Part shown: piece after piece, positions 11,651 through 23,035 of the stretch | Layout: each line of letters begins with the position of its first letter | Position numbering within the stretch: the stretch's first letter is position 1 | Source of the DNA: Rebecca billardiae RCC1528 | Lineage: Eukaryota; Protista; Haptophyta | DNA: 64,000 nt | Assembly (NCBI GenBank): GCA_965240325.2 | Contig: OZ251244.1 | Location: 1,240,001-1,304,000, forward strand | Reading direction: 5' to 3' | The notes under the pieces: generated by a model | The model's database searches: none | What the model saw: the letters and a program-made list of their open reading frames with translations, nothing else | What the model was told of the DNA's origin: nothing | Translations under genes and position numbers: made by a program

Positions 11651-13348
11651 GCACACGCCGCCCGCGGGCGCGACCAGTGTCAGTGTCCGACTCGACCACA
11701 TGCGCGCGTGGCCCAGCGGCGTGGGGCGCCTGTCCCCACGCCGCGGCCGATCGCACCTAGGCTAGGCATGCACCGCGTGGGGGTCGGCGCTGCGGCGCGC
11801 AGTCGCACGCTGCGGCGGAGCCTGTGCGCGTCGGGAGCGGCCGAGCTGCTCTGCCGACGCGTACGAACGTCGCCAGCGCCTCGGGCTGTGTGCACAGCGG
11901 CGCGAGGCGTGACGACGCAGCCCATGCGCAGCTGTACCCGGAGTACCACCGCACCGTCGGCGCCTCGCGTCGGTGACTCGGGCGGCCGATGTTACGAACT
12001 GCGGGGCAGCTTCGATGAGACTATCAGCCGCTTAGATGTCTGATGAGTGATGTGAGTGCATCATCATTGATTCAGTCCGCCCAGGATCCTAGGCTGACCC
12101 GCCATAGCAGTCGGATGACGCCGGGCGCCGCAGGCCGCCCGGGCCGCCGGCGCCGGCTCCGCCGCGCGACAGCCCCCGCCGCCACGGTAACCAGTAACCC
12201 ACTACTTTAACCGAGTGAGTGGCACGCGGCGGTCCGTGTCAATCGCTGAGTAGTGACGCCGATGGTACTACTACTGCCGGCGGCTTCTGCATGGCCGCGA
12301 GCCGCAACGGTGGCTCGGTCCGGCGGCCGGTAGTCTCAGAGTTAGTCTCCGGGGCCGCGCTGCCGCTGCCGCGCGGCGCCAGGGCCGCGCAGGCTGCCGC
12401 CTGGCTGGCCGGCTGCGGCTCGGCCGGCACCGCGCCCGTGGGTGCGGCACACTTGCCGGCGGCTCACCGCTCAGTCGCAGCGGGCTGCGGGCGCGTTCGC
12501 GGAGTGCCGCCGCCCACAGTGCCGCCGCCGCCGAACGTGTGGAGTGGTGGTCCGTCGCTGCGGCCAGCCGCGGCCGGTGAACGTCGCACTCGGGGCGGAT
12601 GATCAGAATGCGCGCGCGGCGGGTGCGGCTGGTGTTGCTCATGACGACGATACGGTATGCATGGGCATTGCGCGACTCGATCCAATGGCGCAGTTCCATC
12701 AGATTCTCCTGACCGGCTGTGTGACCCGACGTCTCTCGCAGCACGCCGTTCTGCTCACTGACCGAGACAGTGTCGTGTGCCGCGTGTCCAGGCTCCAGTC
12801 GCCCACACGCGGTCCGCGTGTGTGCTCGAACCTGCTGACTCGGCTGTGCGCGCCGCGAGCTTCGGGACTCCTTGTCCTTCCGCGTTGACGGGATCATACA
12901 AGCCACAACGACCACCATTGGTTGGCAGCAGGCTGCAGGGCCGCCATCCGACAGCGACGCGGTCATGGAGGGACGCCACCTCATAAGACCGTCGACATGG
13001 AATCTTGGGAACTAGCTCACAGCAGTCGACGGCAATTCTGTGAGTGGAGTCGCTCTGACCACGCTGTCGCACTCGAGCGCGTGCATGGAGACGGAGGACG
13101 GACGCGACAACCTTGCCGCGTCCGTCCTCGTCCATTACCAAGGGGCCAGGCCGAGGCACGTGATTCCGAGTGCAATAAATATGAATGGGCGAGCAGATCT
13201 GACAACCGGAGTACCACATGACCACAATTATGAGATTGGTTGTCGTAGGCACCGCACTGAACTTGCATCGCTTCAGTATCAGTTGTCGTCCGCGGCTCGG
13301 CGTTCATCACGCTGCCCATTTCCCACTGTCAGTATTAACATATGACTA

Positions 13349-13921
13349 CGCCCGCGAAATTAATCAATCGACCACGACCCCGCTATGCGACGAATCGTTA
13401 CTGGCGCTCGGGGCGAAATTCATTCAAGGGGGCCCTCGTCTAAAGTTGAGCTTCCCGCCCATCAACGGCTTATTAATGATCCAGCAAATGTCCACGACGA
13501 CAACAGATTGTTGTAAGTCTGGTGTTTTTGCTCCCCTCCGGACTCAGATCTCGCACGGGAGATCTTCAATCTCCGTGCGCCAACTTATAATCAAAATGCC
13601 ATCGCAAAACAACGACATTACCCGCCTAATGGGGATATTCGATGGATCGGGGTACGTCAGTTCGGACCGCTCAGGTAAATGTCCATTAGCAGTTCATCCA
13701 TGCGTTTAATCATCATCATGGGTAGATTTCCAGGACCTGGACCCTCTCACGGACCATCCAATCCGCAATCTCCGACGGTCGTCAAGCGATGTGATTGGAT
13801 CTGGCCCTTTACTTATCATGAACCGCTCTTTGTGCGTCCCAAATCATGCGTGACGAGGAAGAGGCTAGAGACCTTTCATACTCAACAGCTTCACGCTGAT
13901 TGGCGCCAACCTACGCGGGCG
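13349..13921. mobile_element. Possible short TIR element with TA flanks (lower-GC island)
   Basis: TA-CGCCCGCG at the left and CGCGGGCG-TA at the right bound a visibly lower-GC block. The inverted match is short. Confidence 0.3.
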
Positions 13922-14249
13922 TACTAAAGTTGGTTAACCTGGACGCCACTCGACGCGCCGCGTTCGGCGGACCCTTGCCTCCAAACATCGGTCGACAACG
14001 CGTTCCTGGTCGTCGACCCGCACCCACCGAACTCGCCTCCGACCTCAGACACCGACCCAGGTGCGCGCCAAAGCGTCGCCGCGGCGCGAGACGACGCATC
14101 GCGCGCGCAGCGCGCACGGCGCATCGCGCGCGCACGCGCCCTCACCTTGCGCGCCCGACGCGTTGCCGCTCCGCCCGCGCTTCCTTTCGCCGATGGCAGC
14201 CTCGGATCCGCGTCGTGTGCACACACTACCTAGACAACCGTGAAGGACT

Positions 14250-15346
14250 ATGGCAAGCACCGCAGTAGACACAGCTCCGCCACCCACGACCGAGGAAGCA
14301 TCGCAGCCGGCAGCGGCGCAGCAGAACACATCGCGCCGCCTTTGGACCGCCGAGGAGGACGAGAAGCTCCGCATCGCCGTCGGCAAGTTTGGGCCATACG
14401 GCTGGGCGTTCATCGCGACCCAGGTCGGGACGCGCATGGATTGGCAGTGCCGCGAGCGCTGGCACAACCACCTGCGGCCCGAGGTGAAGAAGGGGAACTG
14501 GACGCAGGAGGAGGATGACGCCATCTTCAAGGGCGTGCAGCGCCTCGGCACGGTGTGCGCCGCGCCCGGCCCCGTGCGGTGCGCTGACCACTCTCACCCC
14601 GAGCGCGCGCACGGACGTCAGCGACCGTCTTCGCTGGCGGCGCGCGGCTCCCGCTCGCGCTCTCGCGCCTGCCAGCGGCACCCCGCCTCGCCCGCCCGCA
14701 CGCCCGCCCGCCCGCACTCACGCGCCCCGCCCCGCCCCTGCCACCGCCGCCGCCCTCCTCGGGCGCGCGCCGCCTTCAGAACTGGGCTCTAATCCAGAAG
14801 GACCTCCCAGGGAGGACCGGCCATGCGATTAAGAACCGCTTCTACTCGCGGCGGCGCGAGTTCGCGCGCGTGACGGGCACGGACCCGAACACGCCGCTGC
14901 ACGCGCTCGGCGGCGAGAACGCGCGCAAGCACAAGCGGCAGCTCTCGGCGAGCTCGGCTGACGACGCGAGCAGCGGCGGCGGCGCGAGCGCCGCCGCCGC
15001 CGCCGATCCGCCGGCGACGCGCCCGCTGCCGAGCAAGCCGGCAAAGATCGCGCGGCGCCCGCTCGCGCCCGCGCCGACGCTGATCGCGCCGGCGTGCCCG
15101 TCCACCTCGGCGGCGCCGTGCTTCATGCCCGGCACCAGCCTCCCTCTCAACAGCTTCGCCCTCACGCCCGCCGCCATCAACTTGCTGCGCAGCCAAGGGC
15201 TTGTGTTGCCGCAGCTGCAGCTGACGAATCTCGCGCTGCTCGGCGCTCTGCCGTTCGGCGCGGTGCTGCCGTTCGCCCCGCTGGCGAGCTCGGCGCCCCC
15301 CGCGGGCTCGGCGCCGCCGAAGCCGAAGCCGAAGGGCAAGCACACC

Positions 15347-15378
<32 letters not shown>

Positions 15379-15946
15379 CGTGCCGCCGAGCGCCGCGCCG
15401 CCCGCCGCCGCCGTCGGTATTGCCACGCCGACCGCCCACACGTCCGGCTCGTCGACGCCGCCGGAGGGCACGGCGGCGGATGCGTCGGAGGCGCACGCGT
15501 CGGCGGACACGTTCACCTCGCAGCTGCTCGCCTGCCTCTCCACGCCGGAGCACAGCGCGCAGCGCGAGGCGATGGCCGACGCCGTGATCGGAGAGATTCG
15601 ACGCGGAAGCGTCGATAGTGCATCCGCGTCCGCCGCGGCGCGCGCGGTCGCGCATGCCAACCGAACGCCCAGAGGCGTCGCGTCCAAGGCCGACCTGCTC
15701 GGCCAGTACGCGGACGGCGTGATCGACGCGCCGGCGTCCGCGCCCGTCGCCGACGCCGACGCCGCCGACGTCGACGCGATCTCGCTCGAGGAGCTCAGCT
15801 CGGTGCTCGGCGCGCCTGCCACGTCAGTGGCCGGTGGCGACGCCGACGAGGCCGATGCGCTCGCGTTCGGCGCAGCATGGCTGCCGGCGGGCTCGCTGTC
15901 CTTCGAGCGCGACCTCTTCCTGCTCGGCGACGTGAGCGCAGAGTGA
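14250..15946 (+). CDS. R2R3-type MYB transcription factor; exons 14250-14552 and 14780-15946
   Basis: WTAEEDEKLRIAVGKFGPYGWAFIA..VGTRMDWQCRERWHNHLRPEVKKGNWTQEEDDAI. Splicing GT(14553)..CAG(14779) completes the second repeat (LGT|NWALIQKDLPGRTGHAIKNRFYS). Acidic C-terminus. Confidence 0.93.
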
Positions 15947-16562
15947 GGCGGAGCGCACGCGGGGGAGCGCCCCCGCCGCCGAGGCTGATGTTGCGGACTA
16001 CGACGAGTTGCCTCGTTGCCGTTGGGGGATGCGGGGCGGCGGCGCGCAGCTGACTCTGCAACGGTGCCAGCGGGCATGGGGCCCGGCCCGCGCGGCCACG
16101 TGGCGGCCACGCGCGCGGCGCTTGGCGCGGCTGTCGGCGGCTGACATTGGGTGGCATATTATTATAAATTATAATATATATATATTATTTATTTAAATTA
16201 TTATTGTTAATAATAAATATACATAATTAAAATATTAACGCGCCCGCGTGGCAGCGCCGCAGCGACTGTCCGTGTGACCGTGGGCGTGGTAACACGTCCG
16301 TGCCGCAAACTGCTCCGCGCACTGATTTATAATAATAACTATATACGACGCGTATCTTTATAATACAGACGCGCGCCCGACGACGAGTGACTCTGACGGC
16401 GACTACGTCATACGTGACGGGCCGCCGGAGTCTCGAGTGAGTCCGGTCCCGCTCGGTATAGCTAGCCGTAGTTATTATATAATAATTTTTGCGGTCATCG
16501 TGATGGCGGTCCGCGCCGGGCGGGCGCGCTGCGCTGCGATGCGCGAGTCTCGGTTTATACTA

Positions 16563-17538
16563 TGTTGAGCTGACGAGGCCAGGGGCGCGCATCTCAGCAG
16601 ATGGCGTCGCCGGCGGTGAGTCAGGGCCGGTGCTGCAGCAGGCAGACCGGCGGCGCAGCTGCTGCAGAGCAGCAGTGCGGATGAACTGGCACAGTCTGGG
16701 GCACGCATCTCAGCAGATGGCGTTGCCGCTGGGGTGTCAGGGCTGGCGCCGCATCAGGCGGGCCGGCGGCAGCAGCTGCTGCGGAGCAGTGGCTGGCAGC
16801 GCGCGCGTCCAGGACGCGCGCGGCAGCAGACGCGCGAGCGCGGAGCAGCGCGGGCGCAGCGGCGCGGGCGCGGAGCAGCGCGGGCGCAGCGGCGCGGGAG
16901 CGCGGAGCAGCGCGGAGCAGCGCGGAGCAGCGCGGAGCAGCGCGGAGCAGCGCGGAGCGCGCGGAGCAGCGCGGAGCAGCGCGGAGCAGCGCGGAGCAGC
17001 GCGGAGCAGCGCGGAGCAGCGCGGAGCAGCGCGGAGCAGCGCGGAGCAGCGCGGAGCAGCGCGGAGCAGCGCGGAGCAGCGCGGAGCAGCGCGGAGCAGC
17101 GCGGAGCAGCGCGGAGCAGCGCGGAGCAGCGCGGAGCAGCGCGGAGCAGCGCGGAGCAGCGCGGAGCAGCGCGGGCGTCATGCTGGTACACTGGATTTGT
17201 CCAAGGAAAGCAGGTGAGCAGCACCGGACATGGACGAGAAGCAGTGGTACAAAGTTGAGCGGCAACAGGACGGACGGTGCGATCGCCGATTGGCTGATCG
17301 CGGCAAAATCTGGGTAAGTCGGCACGGCGATGATACTACCGCCCCGAGCCCAGGAGCGATCGGAGCTCGATCGCTGTTTTGGCCCGGCGCAAGAGCGCCG
17401 GAAATAAGGGCCAGGTTCAGAGGCTTGAGAGCTGATGAGATCGCGAGGCATGTGATCCTCGCGGTGGCGTCCGTCCTGTCGTGCGCGGTGAGCTTTTAGC
17501 AGGGCTCGAGACGCTCGGAGCTTGCGGTAATCCCAATA
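16563..17538 (+). repeat. 5' LTR (TGTTG...CAATA) containing a (GCGGAGCAGC)n minisatellite at about 16901-17174
   Basis: Matches 20649-21624 by eye, and the ORF-track translations of both copies are identical. Confidence 0.95.
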
Positions 17539-17539
17539 T

Positions 17540-17940
17540 GCGCGCAGCAACCCCAGGGAGGGAGTTGTCCGCACTGTCCTTTCTCATCGATTGGGCTGAT
17601 GGGCACGAGCGGCCGTGGTTGCAGGATGGGCGGAACGAGGAACTCTGGCATCGCATGGAATGCAGCAGAGGTTCCTGGCCGAGAGCGCGGGCAAACTGGC
17701 GACGCTCTCGATGGGGCATGGCGCTACGATGCCAGGGATCATCGGCATCATCTCCGCGCATGGCCCGGACGCGGAACTTCGCGTCGATTGGGAGGAACAG
17801 TACCTGTCGGTGATGAGCCCGACACGACAGCCTCCCGGAAGCTCACGATTGGATCTGAGCGGATGCAGCTGGTGCAGGAGAACTACTGCGTGCAGCGGCG
17901 GATGACTGAGCAGCGCTACTGGCACGATCGGCGCGAGCAC
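17540..17940 (+). pseudogene. Probable degraded gag-region remnant of the copia element
   Basis: Position just after the 5' LTR. Coding-like segments are split over several frames (LSFLIDWADG.., MQQRFLAESAGKLATL.., MQLVQENYCVQRRM..). No diagnostic motif. Confidence 0.35.
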
Positions 17941-19070
17941 GCACCCCGAGCGCCGGGTGGCTGCACGGCAGCTGACGGCGGCGACGGCGGGCTCGGCGAT
18001 CTACTCGGAGGGGCTGGCTCATCAACCTGTCCGGTGGTCTAGGGCACCGGATGGCGGCTGGCAGCTGGACTGGGTTTTGCGGTCCGGCTGGCACGGCTGG
18101 CACGACCGGACTGGACACAGGTCCGGCGGTTGGCACACCCGGATCTATCGGAATCGTCCGGGTGGAATCTGGCGACACGAGCGCCGTTACGGCGGCGGGC
18201 AGTGCTTGGCACTGGTCCTACGCCGGCAGCTGACGCGAGGCGCAGCTGGCAGTGCCACCGAGATGGCGGCGCTGGCGCGACTGTTGAGTCGCGGGAATCG
18301 CGCGCGCGCGAGGCGCGAGCGCGGGATCATGACGGGGCGGCGCAGCGGTGCCGAGACTACGTCTGCAGCTGACGCGAGGCGCAGCTGGCAGTGCCGCCGA
18401 GACGGCGGCGCTGGCGCGATCTTTGAGTCGCGGTATCCGCGCGCGCGCAAGGCGCGAGTGCGGGGTGACGGCGGGGCAGTGCATGGCACTCGGCCCACGC
18501 CGGGAGGTTCAGCTCGATTCCATGCTGCGGGCCGAGATCATTCGGCGGCAGGTGGGGACCCGACGCTGAGGCGTCGGAAGCACACGCACGGCGCAGGACG
18601 CCGGTGCGGCGTGTGTGCGCGCAGCAGCGCGCGGCAGTGGCTCGGCGGCGCTGGGCGCACCGAACCAGGTGGTCGTACGCCCGGTGGTGGCGGCGGCACC
18701 CACACGTCCACGCACGAAGCTCATCGCCTGGCTCAGGCGGCGGTGGCGACGGCGGGGATCGTGGCGGCGGCCAAGACGGCGGAGAGATACCGACTGGCTG
18801 CGAGGGCGGAGGAGGCAGCGGCGGCGGCGATCAGCGCGCGCCGCGCGCGGAGCAGCTCCGTGGCTTCAACGTACTCTGGTACGTATGTCGTGTAGACGAC
18901 GGACGTCTCTTCACTTGCGTGACGTACGCATCGACGAGACCGACCTGGTCGAGGGGGGGCACTCGTCGCTGGGCGCACCTGACGGTGGCGCGTACGTGGG
19001 TGATGGTGACGGCGCCGCGGTAAGCGGCGGACATCGTCCGGTCGGCGGTGACGCCGACGGTGAGGACGAG

Positions 19071-19975
19071 GACGGCGACGGCGGCGAGCAGCCAGCCGAC
19101 GCCGGGAATGACGACGCGACAGAGTTCGACGTCGGGTACGACGACGACGCAGATGCGTCAACGTCGGGGCGCGGGCGCAGCAGCGTGGACGCGGGACAGC
19201 GCGGGTGCAGCAGCGCGGGCGCGGATGACGGCGACGGCGGCGAGCAGCCAGCCGACGCCGGGAATGACGACGCGACAGAGTTCGACGTCGGGTACGACGA
19301 CGACGCAGATGCGTCAACGTCGGGGCGCGGGCGCAGCAGCGTGGACGCGGGACAGCGCGGGTGCAGCAGCGCGGGCGCACAGCCGTCGACGCCGACGCCG
19401 CAGGGCGGGCGTGGCGGGACAGGCGCGTCGATGACGCAGCCGGGTCGGCAGGGTCAGATACCGCCGGCGGAATCACGGCGCGGGGCCGCAGCAGATGCTG
19501 GCGGGCCGCCGCGCGGCGCAGGACGATGACGGCGACGGCGGCGAGCCGCCGGCCGACGCCGGTGACGACGACGCGACGGAGTTCGACGTCAGGAACGACG
19601 GCGACGCAGATGCGTCGGCGTCGGCGCGCGAGCGCGGCAGCGCGGACGCGGAACAGCGCGCGGGCGCGGCAGCGCGGGCGCGGAACAGCGCGCGGGCGCA
19701 GCAGCGCGGGCGCGGAACAGCGCGCGAGCGCAGCAGCGCGGGCGCGGAGCGCGCAGGCGCGGCAGCGCAGGTGCGGAACAGCGCACGGGCGCGGCAGCGC
19801 AGGCGCGGAACAGCGCGCGGACGCAGCAGCGCGTGCGCACAGCCGTCGACGCCGACGCCGCAGGGCGGGCGTGGCGGAGCAGGCGCGTCAGCGACACAGC
19901 CTGGGTCGGCAGGGTCGGATCCCGCCGACGGAATCCCGGCGCGGGGCCGCAGCAGATGCTGGCGGGCCGCCGCGT
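19071..19975 (+). repeat. Internal tandem duplications (156-bp near-exact pair plus a diverged third copy)
   Basis: GACGGCGACGGCGGCGAGC...GAGTTCGACGTC unit at 19071, 19227 and 19528. Confidence 0.85.
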
Positions 19976-20340
19976 AGCACAGGTGCGCGGGCGCAGCAGC
20001 GCGGGCGCGGGTCAGCGCGGGCGCAGCAGCGCGGGCGCACGGGCGCACAGCCGCCGATGCCGCAGGCCGGCGATCGGGGCGGTGCGGGCGCGCCATGGGC
20101 GCAGTCGCACTGGTGGTATGAGATACCACCGGCGCAACTTTGGCGCGGGACCGCCGCGCAGATGCGGGCGGGTTGCCGCGGGTCGCAGAGGCGATCGATG
20201 GCGGGCTCGAGCGATTCGGCACGAACGCGAGCACGCGGATACGGCTGCCAGAGGCAGCGGCGCGCGCGAGGCTGACCGACGCGGACAAGGCGTTGGTCCA
20301 GCGCGCGGAGATTGACGAGCTCGACGACTTGCTCACTTTG

Positions 20341-20600
20341 GGTGACTCTGTTTGGTCTAACAACCCAGGGGAATCCGGGTGGAGGTCGACGGGTGGCTGC
20401 ATCATTGTCTTCTACAATGGATCGCCGGTGTCGTGGCACAGCAGCGGGCTGCAGGTTATGGCCCAGCTGAGCTCGACGGAGGCGGAGTACGTGGCGTGAG
20501 GTCAATGTACCACGCCGACATCATGACGAAGGCGACGGACGACGCTGCTACGTTTGAGTGGCACGTCGACGCCATCATGGTGTGCGACACCCGACGCGCG
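20341..20600 (+). pseudogene. Ty1/copia RNase H remnant
   Basis: DSVWSNN..RSTGGCIIVFYNGSPVSWHS....QLSSTEAEYVA matches the copia DADW..RSTSG...PISW.S..ALSSTEAEY motif. After a stop/deletion comes HADIMTKA (ADxxTK motif). Confidence 0.88.
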
Positions 20601-20648
20601 CGCGATGAGCGGCGCTACTCGCTCGCGGCTATGGCTGTCGAGGGGGGG

Positions 20649-21624
20649 TGTTGAGCTGACGAGGCCAGGGGCGCGCATCTCAGCAGATGGCGTCGCCGGC
20701 GGTGAGTCAGGGCCGGTGCTGCAGCAGGCAGACCGGCGGCGCAGCTGCTGCAGAGCAGCAGTGCGGATGAACTGGCACAGTCTGGGGCACGCATCTCAGC
20801 AGATGGCGTTGCCGCTGGGGTGTCAGGGCTGGCGCCGCATCAGGCGGGCCGGCGGCAGCAGCTGCTGCGGAGCAGTGGCTGGCAGCGCGCGCGTCCAGGA
20901 CGCGCGCGGCAGCAGACGCGCGAGCGCGGAGCAGCGCGGGCGCAGCGGCGCGGGCGCGGAGCAGCGCGGGCGCAGCGGCGCGGGAGCGCGGAGCAGCGCG
21001 GAGCAGCGCGGAGCAGCGCGGAGCAGCGCGGAGCAGCGCGGAGCGCGCGGAGCAGCGCGGAGCAGCGCGGAGCAGCGCGGAGCAGCGCGGAGCAGCGCGG
21101 AGCAGCGCGGAGCAGCGCGGAGCAGCGCGGAGCAGCGCGGAGCAGCGCGGAGCAGCGCGGAGCAGCGCGGAGCAGCGCGGAGCAGCGCGGAGCAGCGCGG
21201 AGCAGCGCGGAGCAGCGCGGAGCAGCGCGGAGCAGCGCGGAGCAGCGCGGAGCAGCGCGGGCGTCATGCTGGTACACTGGATTTGTCCAAGGAAAGCAGG
21301 TGAGCAGCACCGGACATGGACGAGAAGCAGTGGTACAAAGTTGAGCGGCAACAGGACGGACGGTGCGATCGCCGATTGGCTGATCGCGGCAAAATCTGGG
21401 TAAGTCGGCACGGCGATGATACTACCGCCCCGAGCCCAGGAGCGATCGGAGCTCGATCGCTGTTTTGGCCCGGCGCAAGAGCGCCGGAAATAAGGGCCAG
21501 GTTCAGAGGCTTGAGAGCTGATGAGATCGCGAGGCATGTGATCCTCGCGGTGGCGTCCGTCCTGTCGTGCGCGGTGAGCTTTTAGCAGGGCTCGAGACGC
21601 TCGGAGCTTGCGGTAATCCCAATA
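20649..21624 (+). repeat. 3' LTR
   Basis: Preceded by the polypurine tract at 20640-20648 and followed by TSD TACTA. Confidence 0.95.
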
Positions 21625-22070
21625 TACTATAATGCACGTACGACGCGACTACTGACAGTACTGCCTCCCCCTGTTCCCAGACGGCGTTTGCATCGCCTTG
21701 TGCACGTTAAAGCATAGTAAACCGTACTGCATGAAAACTACTCCGCCAGTCCGAGGCAGCGCGCGCACGGCGCATCAGGGCTGCGCGCGGACCGGACCGC
21801 GCCGGAACCTCGGGACGCAGACTCGCGGACGAGCAGTTCGGTCCGGTCCCGGTCCGCCGCGGTCCCGGATCGTCCGCGCCGGCGACGCGGCGAGTCGGCC
21901 CGTCGCGAGTCCGACTGGCGCCATCATCACTGACTACTGAGCATAAGTACTGCTGCTGGTATAACAATTTACATATACGACTATTCTTTATTCAGACTGC
22001 TTGTTCAATTATTAATTGACGATGATTATAATATACGCGATGACTTTGACGCCGGAGTTTTAGCGAGGTA

Positions 22071-22256
22071 TTCGGACGACGACGTTTTGTGGACGACTCA
22101 GGTGGGGCAAGGACGACGGGCGCTGGCGCGCCGCGACGAGGCGGCCGCAGCCCTCACTAGTCACTCATCCTGAGGCCTCGCAGGCGGACTGGGCTGAACG
22201 AATTTTCCGGCGGCGCTACCATCGGCGACGGCTTCAGTTACGTCACGGGGCGGTGA
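22071..22256 (+). repeat. Dispersed repeat of about 170 bp, copy 1 (copy 2 at 43558-43714)
   Basis: TTCGGACGACGACGTTTTGTGGACGAC...GGCGCTGGCGCGCCGCGA...CGGCGACGGCTTCA is shared with 43558-43714. Confidence 0.85.
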
Positions 22257-22588
22257 CAGCAGTAGTGGCCAGGCGTCAATCTCGCCTGCCTGAGAATGCA
22301 TGTGCGTCTCTTATATTCTTATAGTATTATATAAAATGTAGTACGTCGTGACGTGTTACCGTGTACGGTGTAGACTCAGAGTCGGAGACTCGTCCGTCAG
22401 TAGCCGTAGGCGGTACGTCGATGCCGCCAATTTTAATAATATATATATATATATTATCACTATATTGTTATAATAAAATTTGTCATCGCGTCATCATCGT
22501 CGGACGACTTCCTAGTCCTGCTACGTACAGTTAGTGGCTCGGCTAATACCGTTGTTATTATATAGTGCCTTATCCGTCTGACTCGGCG

Positions 22589-23035
22589 TAGAGGGGTCAG
22601 AGCCCCACTGGGGGGTGCGTGGTCCAAAATCCAACTTCCTGTCGTCTTGAGATGAGGCTCTCAAACTTCGGGACGATGTCAATATTCGCCTGCATGAAAT
22701 GAGCTGGGGTCACGCTGACAAGTTTTGCGAAAAAATGCCACATATTGGAGATATACGACCTCAATCTCGACGCGATCTCGGCAACATTAGTAGGGGAGAT
22801 ACACGATCTCCCAGGTGATCTCGCTATTTGCACCAGAATCGCACCGTCTACGGATCACATTTTGGCAGTCTGAAATTGGCACAGGCGGATTCTACACCCT
22901 GGAATTAAGCCTTAACGCCTACTAACTAGTTCGCCCGAGTAAATACCCGTGTGATAATTCATGCTAAGAGATTTCGGGAGATTGTGGCACCCGAGAGTGT
23001 AACGCCTAACGGTCGGAGCTCTGACCCGCCCACTA
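22589..23035. mobile_element. MITE-like element, 447 bp, TAG...CTA ends, 9-bp TSD GACTCGGCG
   Basis: Left TAGAGGGGTCAGAGC; right end reverse-complement TAGTGGGCGGGTCAGAGC. GACTCGGCG sits at 22580-22588 and 23036-23044. Interior is lower in GC. Confidence 0.8.

Larger units (their letters stand above)
16563..21624 (+). mobile_element. Non-autonomous Ty1/copia LTR retrotransposon, recent insertion
   Basis: Two 976-bp direct repeats offset by 4086 bp, TSD TACTA (16558-16562 and 21625-21629), PPT GAGGGGGGG before the 3' LTR, and a copia RNase H remnant. No intact integrase or RT. Confidence 0.95.

Noticed and set aside
16901-17174. Regular repeat array as a CRISPR or a repeat-protein gene (SSAEQRGAAR / LLRAAPRCSA ORFs)
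   Set aside because: There are no spacers and no cas genes. The 10-bp unit lacks stops in all frames and lies within LTRs.
20454-20466. GGTTATGGCCCAG resembling the copia half-tRNAiMet PBS
   Set aside because: It lies inside the RNase H remnant, about 2.9 kb from the 5' LTR, so it is in the wrong position and probably coincidental.
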